Shown: in pieces, positions 49,968-58,708 of the stretch
Numbering within the stretch: position 1 is the stretch's first letter
Layout: each line of letters opens with the position of its first letter
Source of the DNA: a virus
Taxonomy: Duplodnaviria; Caudoviricetes
IMG/VR virus record: IMGVR_UViG_3300024346_000003
Direction: 5' to 3' (one strand)
Length of the DNA: 64,000 nt
Program-made: the position numbers and the translations under genes
The notes under the pieces: generated by a model
What the model was told of the DNA's origin: nothing
The model's database searches: none
What the model saw: only the letters and a program-made list of their open reading frames with translations

Positions 49968-50038
49968 ACAAATTTGAGCCAACAAATAAAAAAGAGGGAT
50001 TTCTCCCTCTTCTCATCAACCAACTTAAAACAACAACT

Positions 50039-50296
50039 TTATACTGCGATAACCCAATCAGTAACCTCCCAATTCACGCTTGATGATACGCTATACCCTT
50101 TCTCTCTCAATCTTTGAGCAACAATAGGCATATACATATACTCTTCAACACTCCAACCATAGCTTGGTGCACATTGTGCCGTTTCAAACTTGGTAGTTAA
50201 ATACTCACCCCCTAATCGGCTTTCAATTCGAGCCATTAATTCATTAATGAATAACTCTTTTCTTTCTTGCGGTGTTAATGTTTTTGTTTCTGACAT
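50039..50296 (-). CDS. hypothetical cassette protein
   Basis: own promoter. Confidence 0.65.
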   Translation of the reverse strand: MSETKTLTPQERKELFINELMARIESRLGGEYLTTKFETAQCAPSYGWSVEEYMYMPIVAQRLREKGYSVSSSVNWEVTDWVIAV

Positions 50297-50504
50297 AATA
50301 CTTTGTTTTAATTAGACAATACAAATATAAGAATATAAAACGATATAACCTAATTTTTATTTATCTTTTTCAAGTGAAACATTAAAAATAGTTCCAAATA
50401 TGTTTTCAAATATTGATTTAACATATAAGGTCTCTTTAATAGTTGTCTCATTATAGCACAACTCACCCTCATTATTGATATATAGATTTGAATTTTCCAT
50501 TTTA

Positions 50505-50822
50505 TTAATTGTTATAAGTTACCATTACTGAATCACTACAAAGAAAAACACTACAAGCAGTCAATTTCTCCATTGCCGTTTTAATAACGTATGTTCTAAC
50601 TAGAAAATAAGATTTGTCTTGCTCAACTTGGAATTGTGTTCTACCAACGAAGTCAAATAAGCCCTCCTCAATGATTGTATCCATTTTCTTAATGGAATTC
50701 ATTCCAAACAAATAATAAGCCATTAGGTTTGGGAAATCGTAGTTCTCTACTAATTGTCCGATTGAATACTGTCTTGAATAAAATTCAATTTCAGATTTTG
50801 GATAAGAATAATTTGCTTTCAT
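50505..50822 (-). CDS. hypothetical cassette protein
   Basis: own promoter. Confidence 0.65.
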   Translation of the reverse strand: MKANYSYPKSEIEFYSRQYSIGQLVENYDFPNLMAYYLFGMNSIKKMDTIIEEGLFDFVGRTQFQVEQDKSYFLVRTYVIKTAMEKLTACSVFLCSDSVMVTYNN

Positions 50823-50896
50823 AATGTATGTGTTTTAAATAGACAATACAAATATAAGTAATTTATTTCAATCTACCAAATATAAAACGATATTTT

Positions 50897-51121
50897 TTAT
50901 ATTGGTGAAATTTGATGTCCCTTTGCCCAATGACCATTATCAAGGTCAACGACAATTCTATCTGTATATTTCCAAAAAACTTGGTCTACAGGTTCCCCAT
51001 ACTTTTCACCAGCTTTGCATAGTTCAATACCCGTCACTTTCGCTTTGAGTGGTGCAGCACCACCAAATCCACCTCGCCACATTACTTGGTCACCAACCTT
51101 AAGTGTAATTTTATTTGCCAT
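50897..51121 (-). CDS. small SH3/KOW-like beta protein
   Basis: LKVGDQVMWRGGFG...AKVTGIE; start reassigned to MANK. Confidence 0.6.
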   Translation of the reverse strand: MANKITLKVGDQVMWRGGFGGAAPLKAKVTGIELCKAGEKYGEPVDQVFWKYTDRIVVDLDNGHWAKGHQISPI

Positions 51122-51206
51122 TTCGTTTCGTTTTAAATTAGACAATACAAATATAAAACAAAAAAATGACACTACCAAATTGTAGTGCCACTTTTTTTAA
51201 TTATTT

Positions 51207-51974
51207 TTACTTTACTGAAAATTCAGCTTTGTAAATTTTAACCAAGTGGTCATAAAACTCACCCTCATTTTCACTGAATTTCATGTGGGCAATTTTAAGT
51301 GCTTCTGACGTTTTTAAAATTGCTTCTGACATTCTATTGTAATCTTTACAAAGTCGCATAATTTTGTATAAACTTCTGCGAACAAATGCCTTGTCAGGTA
51401 TTGCATTTTTAACTAACATAACCGCATCCAATAATTCCATGCTATCAGCCTCATTAACAAAAGTCATCTCACCACTAGTGAATACTTTACGGTTATTTGA
51501 ACCAATAAAGATAAATAACAAGTCAGTCATAGTTAAACCTGTTTTTGTTTTTAATTCACTCATGATTATATATTCACGAATACCATTTGATTGGTATGAA
51601 TCCATGTAGATTTTTGGTGACCAACCCGCAGATGTATTATTTAATGTAGCAATGTACTTTGTTAAATTCAATTTTGAGTCAGATAACAACTCAACAATCA
51701 AAACATGAATAGGTAGTTCAAGTCGTTGTGCTGCTAAAAATCGATGTTGACCGTCAGCAATATAGTATTCAATTTTACCACTAATTGATTTAGTTTTAAC
51801 TACTGTAATAACCACAGAACCCGAACCAAACTTTTTAAAACTATCAACAAGTTTATTTACGTGTGATTCACGTGTGTTTCTGTTTGTACCTTTAAGTAGT
51901 TTGTACTTTGAAAAGTCAGTACAATTTGAAATAAATTCAACAAATACCGATAATGGAAGATTTTTGTTACTCAT
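51207..51974 (-). CDS. ParB/Srx-like (DGQHR) domain protein
   Basis: NR...HVNKL..S...YYIADGQHRFLAA. Confidence 0.7.
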   Translation of the reverse strand: MSNKNLPLSVFVEFISNCTDFSKYKLLKGTNRNTRESHVNKLVDSFKKFGSGSVVITVVKTKSISGKIEYYIADGQHRFLAAQRLELPIHVLIVELLSDSKLNLTKYIATLNNTSAGWSPKIYMDSYQSNGIREYIIMSELKTKTGLTMTDLLFIFIGSNNRKVFTSGEMTFVNEADSMELLDAVMLVKNAIPDKAFVRRSLYKIMRLCKDYNRMSEAILKTSEALKIAHMKFSENEGEFYDHLVKIYKAEFSVK

Positions 51975-52126
51975 AACGTTTATGTTTTAATAATTAGACA
52001 ATACAAATATAAGTAAACTATTTCAATCTACCAAATAAAATAGGATAATTATTTATTTATTTTTTTGTATAAAAATTAGGATATATCATTTATTATCCTT
52101 ACCTTTGTTATGTACCCGATAGGTAT

Positions 52127-52175
52127 GGGCTGACACTCACAAGGTGGTAGTAGAGTAGACTCCGTCACGTCTATA
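52127..52175 (+). ncRNA. dispersed structured small RNA, copy 5
   Basis: GGGCTGACACTCACAAGGTGGTAGTAGAGTAGACTCCGTCACGTCTATA after TACCTTTG at 52100. Confidence 0.65.
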
Positions 52176-52250
52176 TATGACCTGGACCAAAAAATACATT
52201 ACAGTAAACTATTTAGTGTAAACTAAATTAGGAAATATGGTTTTATATTA

Positions 52251-52448
52251 TTATCTTTGTGACAATCTAATAAGTTGGCGTTGTATGAAATCAACATCTT
52301 TCTGACCATCATCAACCGATTGTTCATCTTTTCGCTTATAAGCATTGAATAGTTTAGTCTGTGCTTTTTTAAGCATACTTAACCAACCTTCATACTCACT
52401 CATTCCTGAGTTTTGTAGTCCAACATTTTTATCTATTAATTTATCCAT
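52251..52448 (-). CDS. hypothetical protein
   Basis: 65 aa helical ORF. Confidence 0.5.
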   Translation of the reverse strand: MDKLIDKNVGLQNSGMSEYEGWLSMLKKAQTKLFNAYKRKDEQSVDDGQKDVDFIQRQLIRLSQR

Positions 52449-52611
52449 CTTAAATAATAATATAATATAAATATACGAATAATATATTAAATATGCAAAT
52501 TATACACGCACGTATACACGAATGTGTACATAACAACAAAGGAGATATCTCTATCTCCCTTGCTGTTCTTTGTCTGTCTATTAAAACAACCTTACACGTT
52601 GTATCTTTGTC

Positions 52612-53061
52612 TTATTCGACCAAATCAAAGATTAATTCTGTATATCCTTTTGGAATGTCAGCTTTTCTACTTTCAATTGAAATAGTATCTCTAGCCCAAC
52701 TTCCAACTAAATCACTTTCACCTCTAAAGTCACCACCACCTCGACCATTACCCTCGCAAGTTAACAATGGTAGTGGGTGAATTTTCCAACCGTCACCATC
52801 TGCTGGTACCTTTGTTTTATCAACAAATTGTTTTTTGTCGTGGTTAACAATGTACTTCGCTTTTGCAATTGGTAATATTTTAAAGTCTCTAGTGTTTGGA
52901 CTTAACTTTGGCGCTGAACATTCAGCAATACTTTGTGTATTCGCACCCGATTTTTCCAAATCTTCCAAACTGAAACCTTGCTCAACTAGCATAGGGATTA
53001 CTTCTTTAGGTATGTTTTCAAACGGTTCCTCATCTGCTTTATTCCAACTAAAACTTCCCAT
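52612..53061 (-). CDS. hypothetical cassette protein
   Basis: YIVNHDKKQFVD...HPLPLLTCEGNGRGGGDF; own promoter. Confidence 0.75.
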   Translation of the reverse strand: MGSFSWNKADEEPFENIPKEVIPMLVEQGFSLEDLEKSGANTQSIAECSAPKLSPNTRDFKILPIAKAKYIVNHDKKQFVDKTKVPADGDGWKIHPLPLLTCEGNGRGGGDFRGESDLVGSWARDTISIESRKADIPKGYTELIFDLVE

Positions 53062-53136
53062 AGGATATATTTTTTGTTTGTTTTAACAAAGATAAGGATA
53101 ATATTTCAATTATCCAAATCTTTTGTTAATTATTTT

Positions 53137-53436
53137 TTACCACTGAAATTCAGTTTTAAACGATACCTTTGACTCAATCCAATCCAATACCTCACCAGCA
53201 TAGTAAGACGTTGTTAAATCGAATAAAAACCAATCAACTTTGCTTCTAGCATCAGGTTCGTCAGTCATCACTTCCAAACGTGTAAATTCTTTTGCTTTAC
53301 TTTGGTCGCTACCTTTAGTACTACCTTTTGAATAGTCCCATACTTTACCAATAACTGTTACTTTCTTTGCAGTCGTTTCAACGGTAATAATACCTCCTTT
53401 GCAGTATTCACCAATCTTAAATGTTTTTGTTGCCAT
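53137..53436 (-). CDS. hypothetical cassette protein
   Basis: own promoter; MATK start. Confidence 0.7.
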   Translation of the reverse strand: MATKTFKIGEYCKGGIITVETTAKKVTVIGKVWDYSKGSTKGSDQSKAKEFTRLEVMTDEPDARSKVDWFLFDLTTSYYAGEVLDWIESKVSFKTEFQW

Positions 53437-53509
53437 GTTATATGTTTTTAAATTAGACAATACAAATATAAAACAATATAATGATATATCCTAATTATTC
53501 TTTAAATAA

Positions 53510-53773
53510 TTATTTTTCGTTGGTGCAAATAGTATCACCATTACCGTTGTATAACTCAACTGTTGATTGATTACCATTTTCTTCAATTGTCATTTGTTCG
53601 GAAGTTTCAAGTAATAATTCACTATCATGTGCAATTCTATCTTCAAATTCTGTAAACATATCCTCAGAACTAGATACTATACCATTCTTTATTTTTTCGG
53701 AAACCTTATCAATATTTTCATCATCGAAATATACTCGTTCCCAAATCGTAACTTTAAAATCTACATAAGCCAT
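53510..53773 (-). CDS. hypothetical cassette protein
   Basis: own promoter. Confidence 0.65.
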   Translation of the reverse strand: MAYVDFKVTIWERVYFDDENIDKVSEKIKNGIVSSSEDMFTEFEDRIAHDSELLLETSEQMTIEENGNQSTVELYNGNGDTICTNEK

Positions 53774-53813
53774 AATAATACGTTTTTAAATTAGACAATA
53801 CAAATATAAGAAT

Positions 53814-54074
53814 TTAATTTGGCAAATCCAAATTTATATGAATATAAGACATAAAATAATCATGAGCGTTAATAAATTGGTTATTATATTCGTCCATAAA
53901 ATCACTCAAACGTAATATCGTTATTTTATCATAAAGTGAAATATTATCGTTCAATTTTTGATTAATAGTTTCTACAACCCCAACTCTGCTATCAAATTTT
54001 TGATTTTCAATTTCCTCACAAGTTTTTCTTGCTCTATAACATTTAACCGAAATAAGTACCACACAAGTTTCCAT
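53814..54074 (-). CDS. hypothetical protein
   Basis: second gene of two-gene cassette. Confidence 0.6.
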   Translation of the reverse strand: METCVVLISVKCYRARKTCEEIENQKFDSRVGVVETINQKLNDNISLYDKITILRLSDFMDEYNNQFINAHDYFMSYIHINLDLPN

Positions 54075-54086
54075 AATAATATCCTT

Positions 54087-54287
54087 TTAAATAATAGTTA
54101 AAATGTCTTGTGGAACAATATCAATCAATCCACCTTCATATTGAACATAAACCAATTCTTCATCATCACTTGGTTCTGAACATACAATAGCAATTGAACT
54201 CATTTCACTACGGAAAGGTTCTGTACATTCGTCAGTTAAATAACATTCAGCTATCTCAACTTTAATACCCTCTTTAAACTCGCTCAT
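54087..54287 (-). CDS. hypothetical cassette protein
   Basis: own promoter. Confidence 0.6.
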   Translation of the reverse strand: MSEFKEGIKVEIAECYLTDECTEPFRSEMSSIAIVCSEPSDDEELVYVQYEGGLIDIVPQDILTII

Positions 54288-54345
54288 AATATTTTGTTTT
54301 AATTAGACAATACAAATATAATAATATAAAATGATATATCCTAAT

Positions 54346-54645
54346 TTATTCTGAAATTTTATACAACATTAAAGTATATTCTTCTGTACTAGCATACCAA
54401 CCTCTTTTGTTGCACCATTTGTCAAATTTGATATAAACATCAATATCGTAATTCTTGTTATTGTATATGCGATTATCCAATGCACTCAAAGGGTTTGTAT
54501 CTTTGTCTGTGTATGGTACACTAGAGCCATTACGCAACCATATAGATTGATTAGGTTTATAATCTTTACTAAACTCACTACCACATTTAATTTCTAAGGT
54601 AGGAAATCGTTTTTGTAATTCAAATATAATTTCAGTGAAGTTCAT
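54346..54645 (-). CDS. hypothetical cassette protein
   Basis: own promoter. Confidence 0.65.
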   Translation of the reverse strand: MNFTEIIFELQKRFPTLEIKCGSEFSKDYKPNQSIWLRNGSSVPYTDKDTNPLSALDNRIYNNKNYDIDVYIKFDKWCNKRGWYASTEEYTLMLYKISE

Positions 54646-54822
54646 AATACTTTGTTTTAATTAGACAATACAAATATAAAACAATATAATGATATATCCA
54701 AATTATTTAACAAAAAAAAATGGAAACATTTCTGCTCCCATTTCTTTGTTCTTTGTTTGTCAACTTAAAACTCACCATTATGGTTTGCTTATCTTTAATT
54801 TCTATTATATAAATACTTTAGT

Positions 54823-55268
54823 AAAAGAATATGGGAGGTGGTTGTACATCCACCCCCCATTACTCCTTGTTCCATACCAAGTGCGCACCCGATACTTTAT
54901 TTTCCGCTGAACAAAGCGTTTCCATTTAAGTCCCATAATCGGCAACCAAGAGCACTCATCTTGTTAGAGTTACGCTTCAAGAGGTCATCTCGTTAGAGTT
55001 ACGCATTGAGACTATCTCATCTCGTTAGAGTTACGCATAACACTTATCATCTTACCCCACACAGAATGTGGTTACGAATCAATCCATTTCCTTTACTTAC
55101 GTAAAACAGTGATGGGTGTGTCAGAGGCTGTATCTCGTCTTGTTAGGTCTAAGAGGCTGTATCTCGAACCTGTTACATTATCGCTAGGCTGTTCTCATCT
55201 TGTTAATGATTGAAGCTACCGAGGACTTAAACTTCTACTATAGTATGTTAAAGAACGTTTTCCTTTTG
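54823..55268 (-). ncRNA. ~440-nt internally repeated ncRNA candidate
   Basis: TATCTTTG promoter at 55274-55281; no ORF of 60 aa or more on this strand; six TAAC(A/G)AGA(T/C)GAG-like repeats; GC-rich terminator hairpin 54833-54858. Confidence 0.6.
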
Positions 55269-55336
55269 TTTAACAAAGATAAGTAATTTATTTTAAACTA
55301 CCAAATCTTTTTGCAATTATTTTTAATTTTTTTTTG

Positions 55337-55439
55337 TAGTCAGGACAGGATTCGAACCTGTGAATCCTCGGACTAAATACTAGACTACCACCTGAGGACC
55401 TCTTTCTAGTTAGCGTTAATCCATCTCCGCCACCTGACT
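55337..55439 (-). ncRNA. tRNA-like RNA A with 20-nt expanded anticodon loop
   Basis: AGTCAGG/CCTGACT acceptor, GCG/CGC D-arm, ACAGG-TTCGAAT-CCTGT T-arm. Confidence 0.7.
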
Positions 55440-55526
55440 ATTTGTTATTCAAAGAACTTTAACAAAGATAAGTAATTTATTTTAAACTACCAAATCTTTT
55501 TGCAATTATTTTTAATTTTTTTTTTG

Positions 55527-55601
55527 TAGTCAAAATAGGATTCGAACCTATGTAACGATGTCTCTAATAGGACATCTGCTTTGCCACTCGGCCACTTGAC
55601 T
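55527..55601 (-). ncRNA. tRNA-like RNA B with non-canonical 8-nt anticodon loop
   Basis: AGTCAAG/TTTGACT acceptor, GATGTC-CTATTAGA-GACATC arm, ATAGG-TTCGAAT-CCTAT. Confidence 0.65.
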
Positions 55602-55688
55602 ATTTGTTATTCAAAGAACTTTAACAAAGATAAGTATTTTATTTCAATCTACCAAATCTTTTTGCAATTATTTTTAATTTATTTTTTG

Positions 55689-55746
55689 TGAGCGTTATGG
55701 AATCGAACCATACCGTATGACTCGCCATTGCTAACCCTAGACGCTC
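55689..55746 (-). ncRNA. minimal tRNA-like RNA (acceptor + T arm)
   Basis: GAGCGT/ACGCTC stem stacked on TATGG-TTCGATT-CCATA; under 30 nt between them. Confidence 0.5.
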
Positions 55747-55769
55747 TAGGCGTGCACACCTATTTGTAG

Positions 55770-55890
55770 TAGTCAGGACAGGATTCGAACCTGTATCAAC
55801 AGAATGTGTAACTACCTGTTATATTAAGCATTGTAGATTCGAACCACTCACTCTCTAGGCCTGTTGACTTACCAATTTGTCCACCTGACT
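55770..55890 (-). ncRNA. tRNA-like RNA C with 58-nt insert containing a second T-loop
   Basis: AGTCAGG/CCTGACT, GAC/GTC D-arm, AACAG/CTGTT stem enclosing GTGG-TTCGAAT-CTAC. Confidence 0.7.
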
Positions 55891-55976
55891 ATTTGTTATT
55901 CAAAGAACTTTAACAAAGATAAGTAAACTTTTCCAATCTACCAAATATTTTTGTAATTATTTTTAATTTATTTTTG

Positions 55977-56048
55977 TGACCCGACCAAGATTCGAACTTG
56001 GAATAGAAGATTAGAAATCTTCTGTGATATCCCTTTCACCATCGGGCC
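55977..56048 (-). tRNA. tRNA-Arg(TCT)
   Basis: GGCCCGA/TCGGGTC acceptor, GAAGA-TT-TCT-AA-TCTTC anticodon arm, CCAAG-TTCGAAT-CTTGG. Confidence 0.92.
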
Positions 56049-56111
56049 AAATAAGGGTTGTTCGAACTCCCTAAAAACCTCACCTAAGTTTTTTCTATGG
56101 ATATAGAAAAA

Positions 56112-56188
56112 TGGTGGTCCAACTTGGACTCGAACCAAGGACTTCAACATTATGAGTGTTGCACTCTAACCAACTGAGTTATAAGACC
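56112..56188 (-). tRNA. tRNA with CAT anticodon (elongator Met or Ile2), encoded CCA
   Basis: ACTC/GAGT D stem, CAACA-CT-CAT-AA-TGTTG, CTTGG-TTCGAGT-CCAAG, ACCA 3' end. Confidence 0.92.
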
Positions 56189-56294
56189 GTTTGAGTCTTA
56201 CCCCTCTAAACATTGATGCATTATCTAGAGGGGTTTTTATTAAGCGAAGACCACCGCTATACAAATATAGTAATAAATATTTAATCTTGCAAAT

Positions 56295-56810
56295 TTATTT
56301 AAACATAATTGTTGCAATTGTTAAAGGTGTTCTTGGAATTGGTGTTGAACCACAATTAAACCCAATGATTTCAAACTGTGCAATATCTTTACTTCCATTG
56401 CTAATCGGTTCAATTGGTGAATCGTGGAAAGCAATATCAGCACAATTAGCCATTTCAATTACAGAAATTGTAATTCTTTTACCACCCTTTGTTCTAATCG
56501 AAATTGTTTCATTCGAATTCTCACATTGAATAAATTGGTGTGGAAATTCTCTATTGAATATTGCGAACCCTTTGAACGCATAAATGATTTGCATCATCTG
56601 TGGTAAGAATTTTTCACTATTCACATCGTTTGACTTGTTAGTCACGATACCGAAATTTTCATCAGGGTTGCAGTTGTTGATTGCCCAAATGAATGAAGCT
56701 AAATCTCTAACTGTTGCGGTGTAATTGTTATTCATTTTTACATAATAACCATCAGACAAAATAATGTCCTTAACATTGCTTGGAATCTCGTACTCAAATT
56801 GCTTGTTCAT
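56295..56810 (-). CDS. hypothetical cassette protein
   Basis: 171 aa; own promoter. Confidence 0.7.
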   Translation of the reverse strand: MNKQFEYEIPSNVKDIILSDGYYVKMNNNYTATVRDLASFIWAINNCNPDENFGIVTNKSNDVNSEKFLPQMMQIIYAFKGFAIFNREFPHQFIQCENSNETISIRTKGGKRITISVIEMANCADIAFHDSPIEPISNGSKDIAQFEIIGFNCGSTPIPRTPLTIATIMFK

Positions 56811-56884
56811 AATGTATGTGTTTTAATTAGACAAAACAAAGATAAGGATAAGTTTTCACTTATCCAAATCTTTTTTCAACTTTT

Positions 56885-57094
56885 TTAAATTGCTCTTGAT
56901 TGCTCAATAAGTTTCAAAATTTCCTCAACTGATTCAGCAACCTGATAACCACCATTGTTATGTGAATCGTGCTTTAATCTCGTACTTATACCATCTTCAA
57001 GTGGATACATACCTTGAATACCATTGACACTTAAAACCATTTTTGTTTTTTTACGGTAATTGTTGGTTACTGAGATAAATCTAATGTTGCTCAT
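56885..57094 (-). CDS. hypothetical cassette protein
   Basis: own promoter. Confidence 0.65.
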   Translation of the reverse strand: MSNIRFISVTNNYRKKTKMVLSVNGIQGMYPLEDGISTRLKHDSHNNGGYQVAESVEEILKLIEQSRAI

Positions 57095-57170
57095 AGTATA
57101 TTGTTTTAATTATTAGACAAAACAAAGATAAGGATAACTTTCCAATTATCCAAATCTTTTTACAATTATT

Positions 57171-57638
57171 TTAAAACTTTTTTGAAACGTGTTCGTGGTC
57201 AAGTATTCTTGTAATATCTCTAATAATATCCATTAGGTTTGCACTAACTTCTGTAAAGTTAATTACTACCTCAATATGCCCATGACAATGGTTTGGATTT
57301 TCAATACTCATAAATGCTTTATCTCCTTTGCAAGTATCGTACTTATCAGTTATCCAACCCAAGTTCCATTCGGGTCTTGCACCCTTTCTGTAACCCAACA
57401 TTTTTGTTCTGAATCTACAACCATTCTCATCAGCAGTAAAAAATATAGTATCAATGTAGTTACTTTGTTTTTTAATACGATAGGTTGTACTATTCTCATC
57501 ATCACGATTAGATACATACAAAGTATATACTTGACCCAAATCATTGATAAGTCGTCTTAAGAACTCTTTGTTCTTTTTGATTCTGTTGATTTTTTCAACT
57601 TCTGTGTTCCCGATTGCTTGTAATACTAAATTTTCCAT
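57171..57638 (-). CDS. hypothetical cassette protein
   Basis: own promoter. Confidence 0.65.
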   Translation of the reverse strand: MENLVLQAIGNTEVEKINRIKKNKEFLRRLINDLGQVYTLYVSNRDDENSTTYRIKKQSNYIDTIFFTADENGCRFRTKMLGYRKGARPEWNLGWITDKYDTCKGDKAFMSIENPNHCHGHIEVVINFTEVSANLMDIIRDITRILDHEHVSKKF

Positions 57639-57726
57639 TTTCGTTTGTTTTAATTAGACAATACAAATATAAGAAAAAAAAATGACACTACCAAATGATA
57701 GTGCCACTTTTTTTTAAATTAATTTT

Positions 57727-58086
57727 TTAACATTCAGCTTCAAAACTACATTGTCCGTTTTCAATGATACAATCACGAATCTGTTTGCCCAAACCTAAAT
57801 CTGCATAATCACGCAATTCATCTTGAGTAATTCCAGCTTCTTCCAACATTTTGTCGTTGTAACCATTTCGTTCCTCAAAGAACTTATCAATTAGTTGCAA
57901 CTTGTCACCCAAACTTTCCTCAATGTTTTTGATTTCTTCCTCAACACCCTCAAGGTCTTCCTCACCAAAATAATAAGTTATAATGTTTGGTTGTTCACCT
58001 GTAACACCAAATCTGTCTGCGGCATCACTATCTTGCAATGCAAACCAAAACTTTCCGTCAATGTCACCACTATAATAACGTCCCAT
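57727..58086 (-). CDS. hypothetical cassette protein
   Basis: MGRYYSGDIDGKFWF; own promoter. Confidence 0.75.
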   Translation of the reverse strand: MGRYYSGDIDGKFWFALQDSDAADRFGVTGEQPNIITYYFGEEDLEGVEEEIKNIEESLGDKLQLIDKFFEERNGYNDKMLEEAGITQDELRDYADLGLGKQIRDCIIENGQCSFEAEC

Positions 58087-58144
58087 AATAATATGTTTTT
58101 AAATTAGATTACAAATATAAGTATTTTATTTCAATCTACCAAAT

Positions 58145-58390
58145 TTATTTTGAACAATCTTTACATAAATCTTGGTCATTTATATCAAATACCATTTCAC
58201 CCTTGATAAAACCACCACCACAATTATCACAACAATACTCATTCTCATATTGTACCCATTCCTCCTCAGGTAAATATCCTATAAGGTATTTTCTTGGTAC
58301 AAATGATAATAGTTCGTCTATTACAGTAAAATCACCACCATTAATATCGTTTTGTATTACCTCAATTACTCTATCAATTAATTTGCTCAT
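58145..58390 (-). CDS. hypothetical protein with CxxC...CxxC
   Basis: CDNC...CKDC; start reassigned to MSKL. Confidence 0.65.
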   Translation of the reverse strand: MSKLIDRVIEVIQNDINGGDFTVIDELLSFVPRKYLIGYLPEEEWVQYENEYCCDNCGGGFIKGEMVFDINDQDLCKDCSK

Positions 58391-58539
58391 AATATATTGT
58401 TTTAAAGTTATACCACAAAGATAAGGATAACTAATTACCCACACAACATACTATAGTTAGCATTTAAAATAATATAAAATAATATTAAATAAATTAGGAT
58501 ATGTCATTTATTATCCCTACATTTGTTTTGTCGATGGAC

Positions 58540-58584
58540 GGGCTGACACTCACAAGGTGGTAGTAGAGTAGACTCCGACCTACC
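58540..58584 (+). ncRNA. dispersed structured small RNA, copy 6
   Basis: GGGCTGACACTCACAAGGTGGTAGTAGAGTAGACTCCGACCTACC after TACATTTG at 58518. Confidence 0.65.
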
Positions 58585-58708
58585 TTATATTTTTTTTTAA
58601 ATATATAAAAAAAATTTGCAAAGGTACAAAATAAAATCGACCTATGCAAATTTTTAATGAAAAAGTTATTAACAAAATGGTGGGGGTATTTTTCAACCCC
58701 CTTTCCAT

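Noticed and set aside
54955-55205. CRISPR mini-array
   Set aside because: Repeats are ~21 nt with only 8-11 nt between them, too short for spacers; no cas genes in the window.
56054-56075. Extra T-loop-like hairpin (GGGAG-TTCGAAC-AACCC) between the two tRNAs
   Set aside because: Imperfect stem and no acceptor partner; at most a tRNA remnant.
55968-56529. ORFs 55968..56150 (-) and 56191..56529 (+)
   Set aside because: The first overlaps two canonical tRNAs; the second is antisense to a promoter-supported gene.
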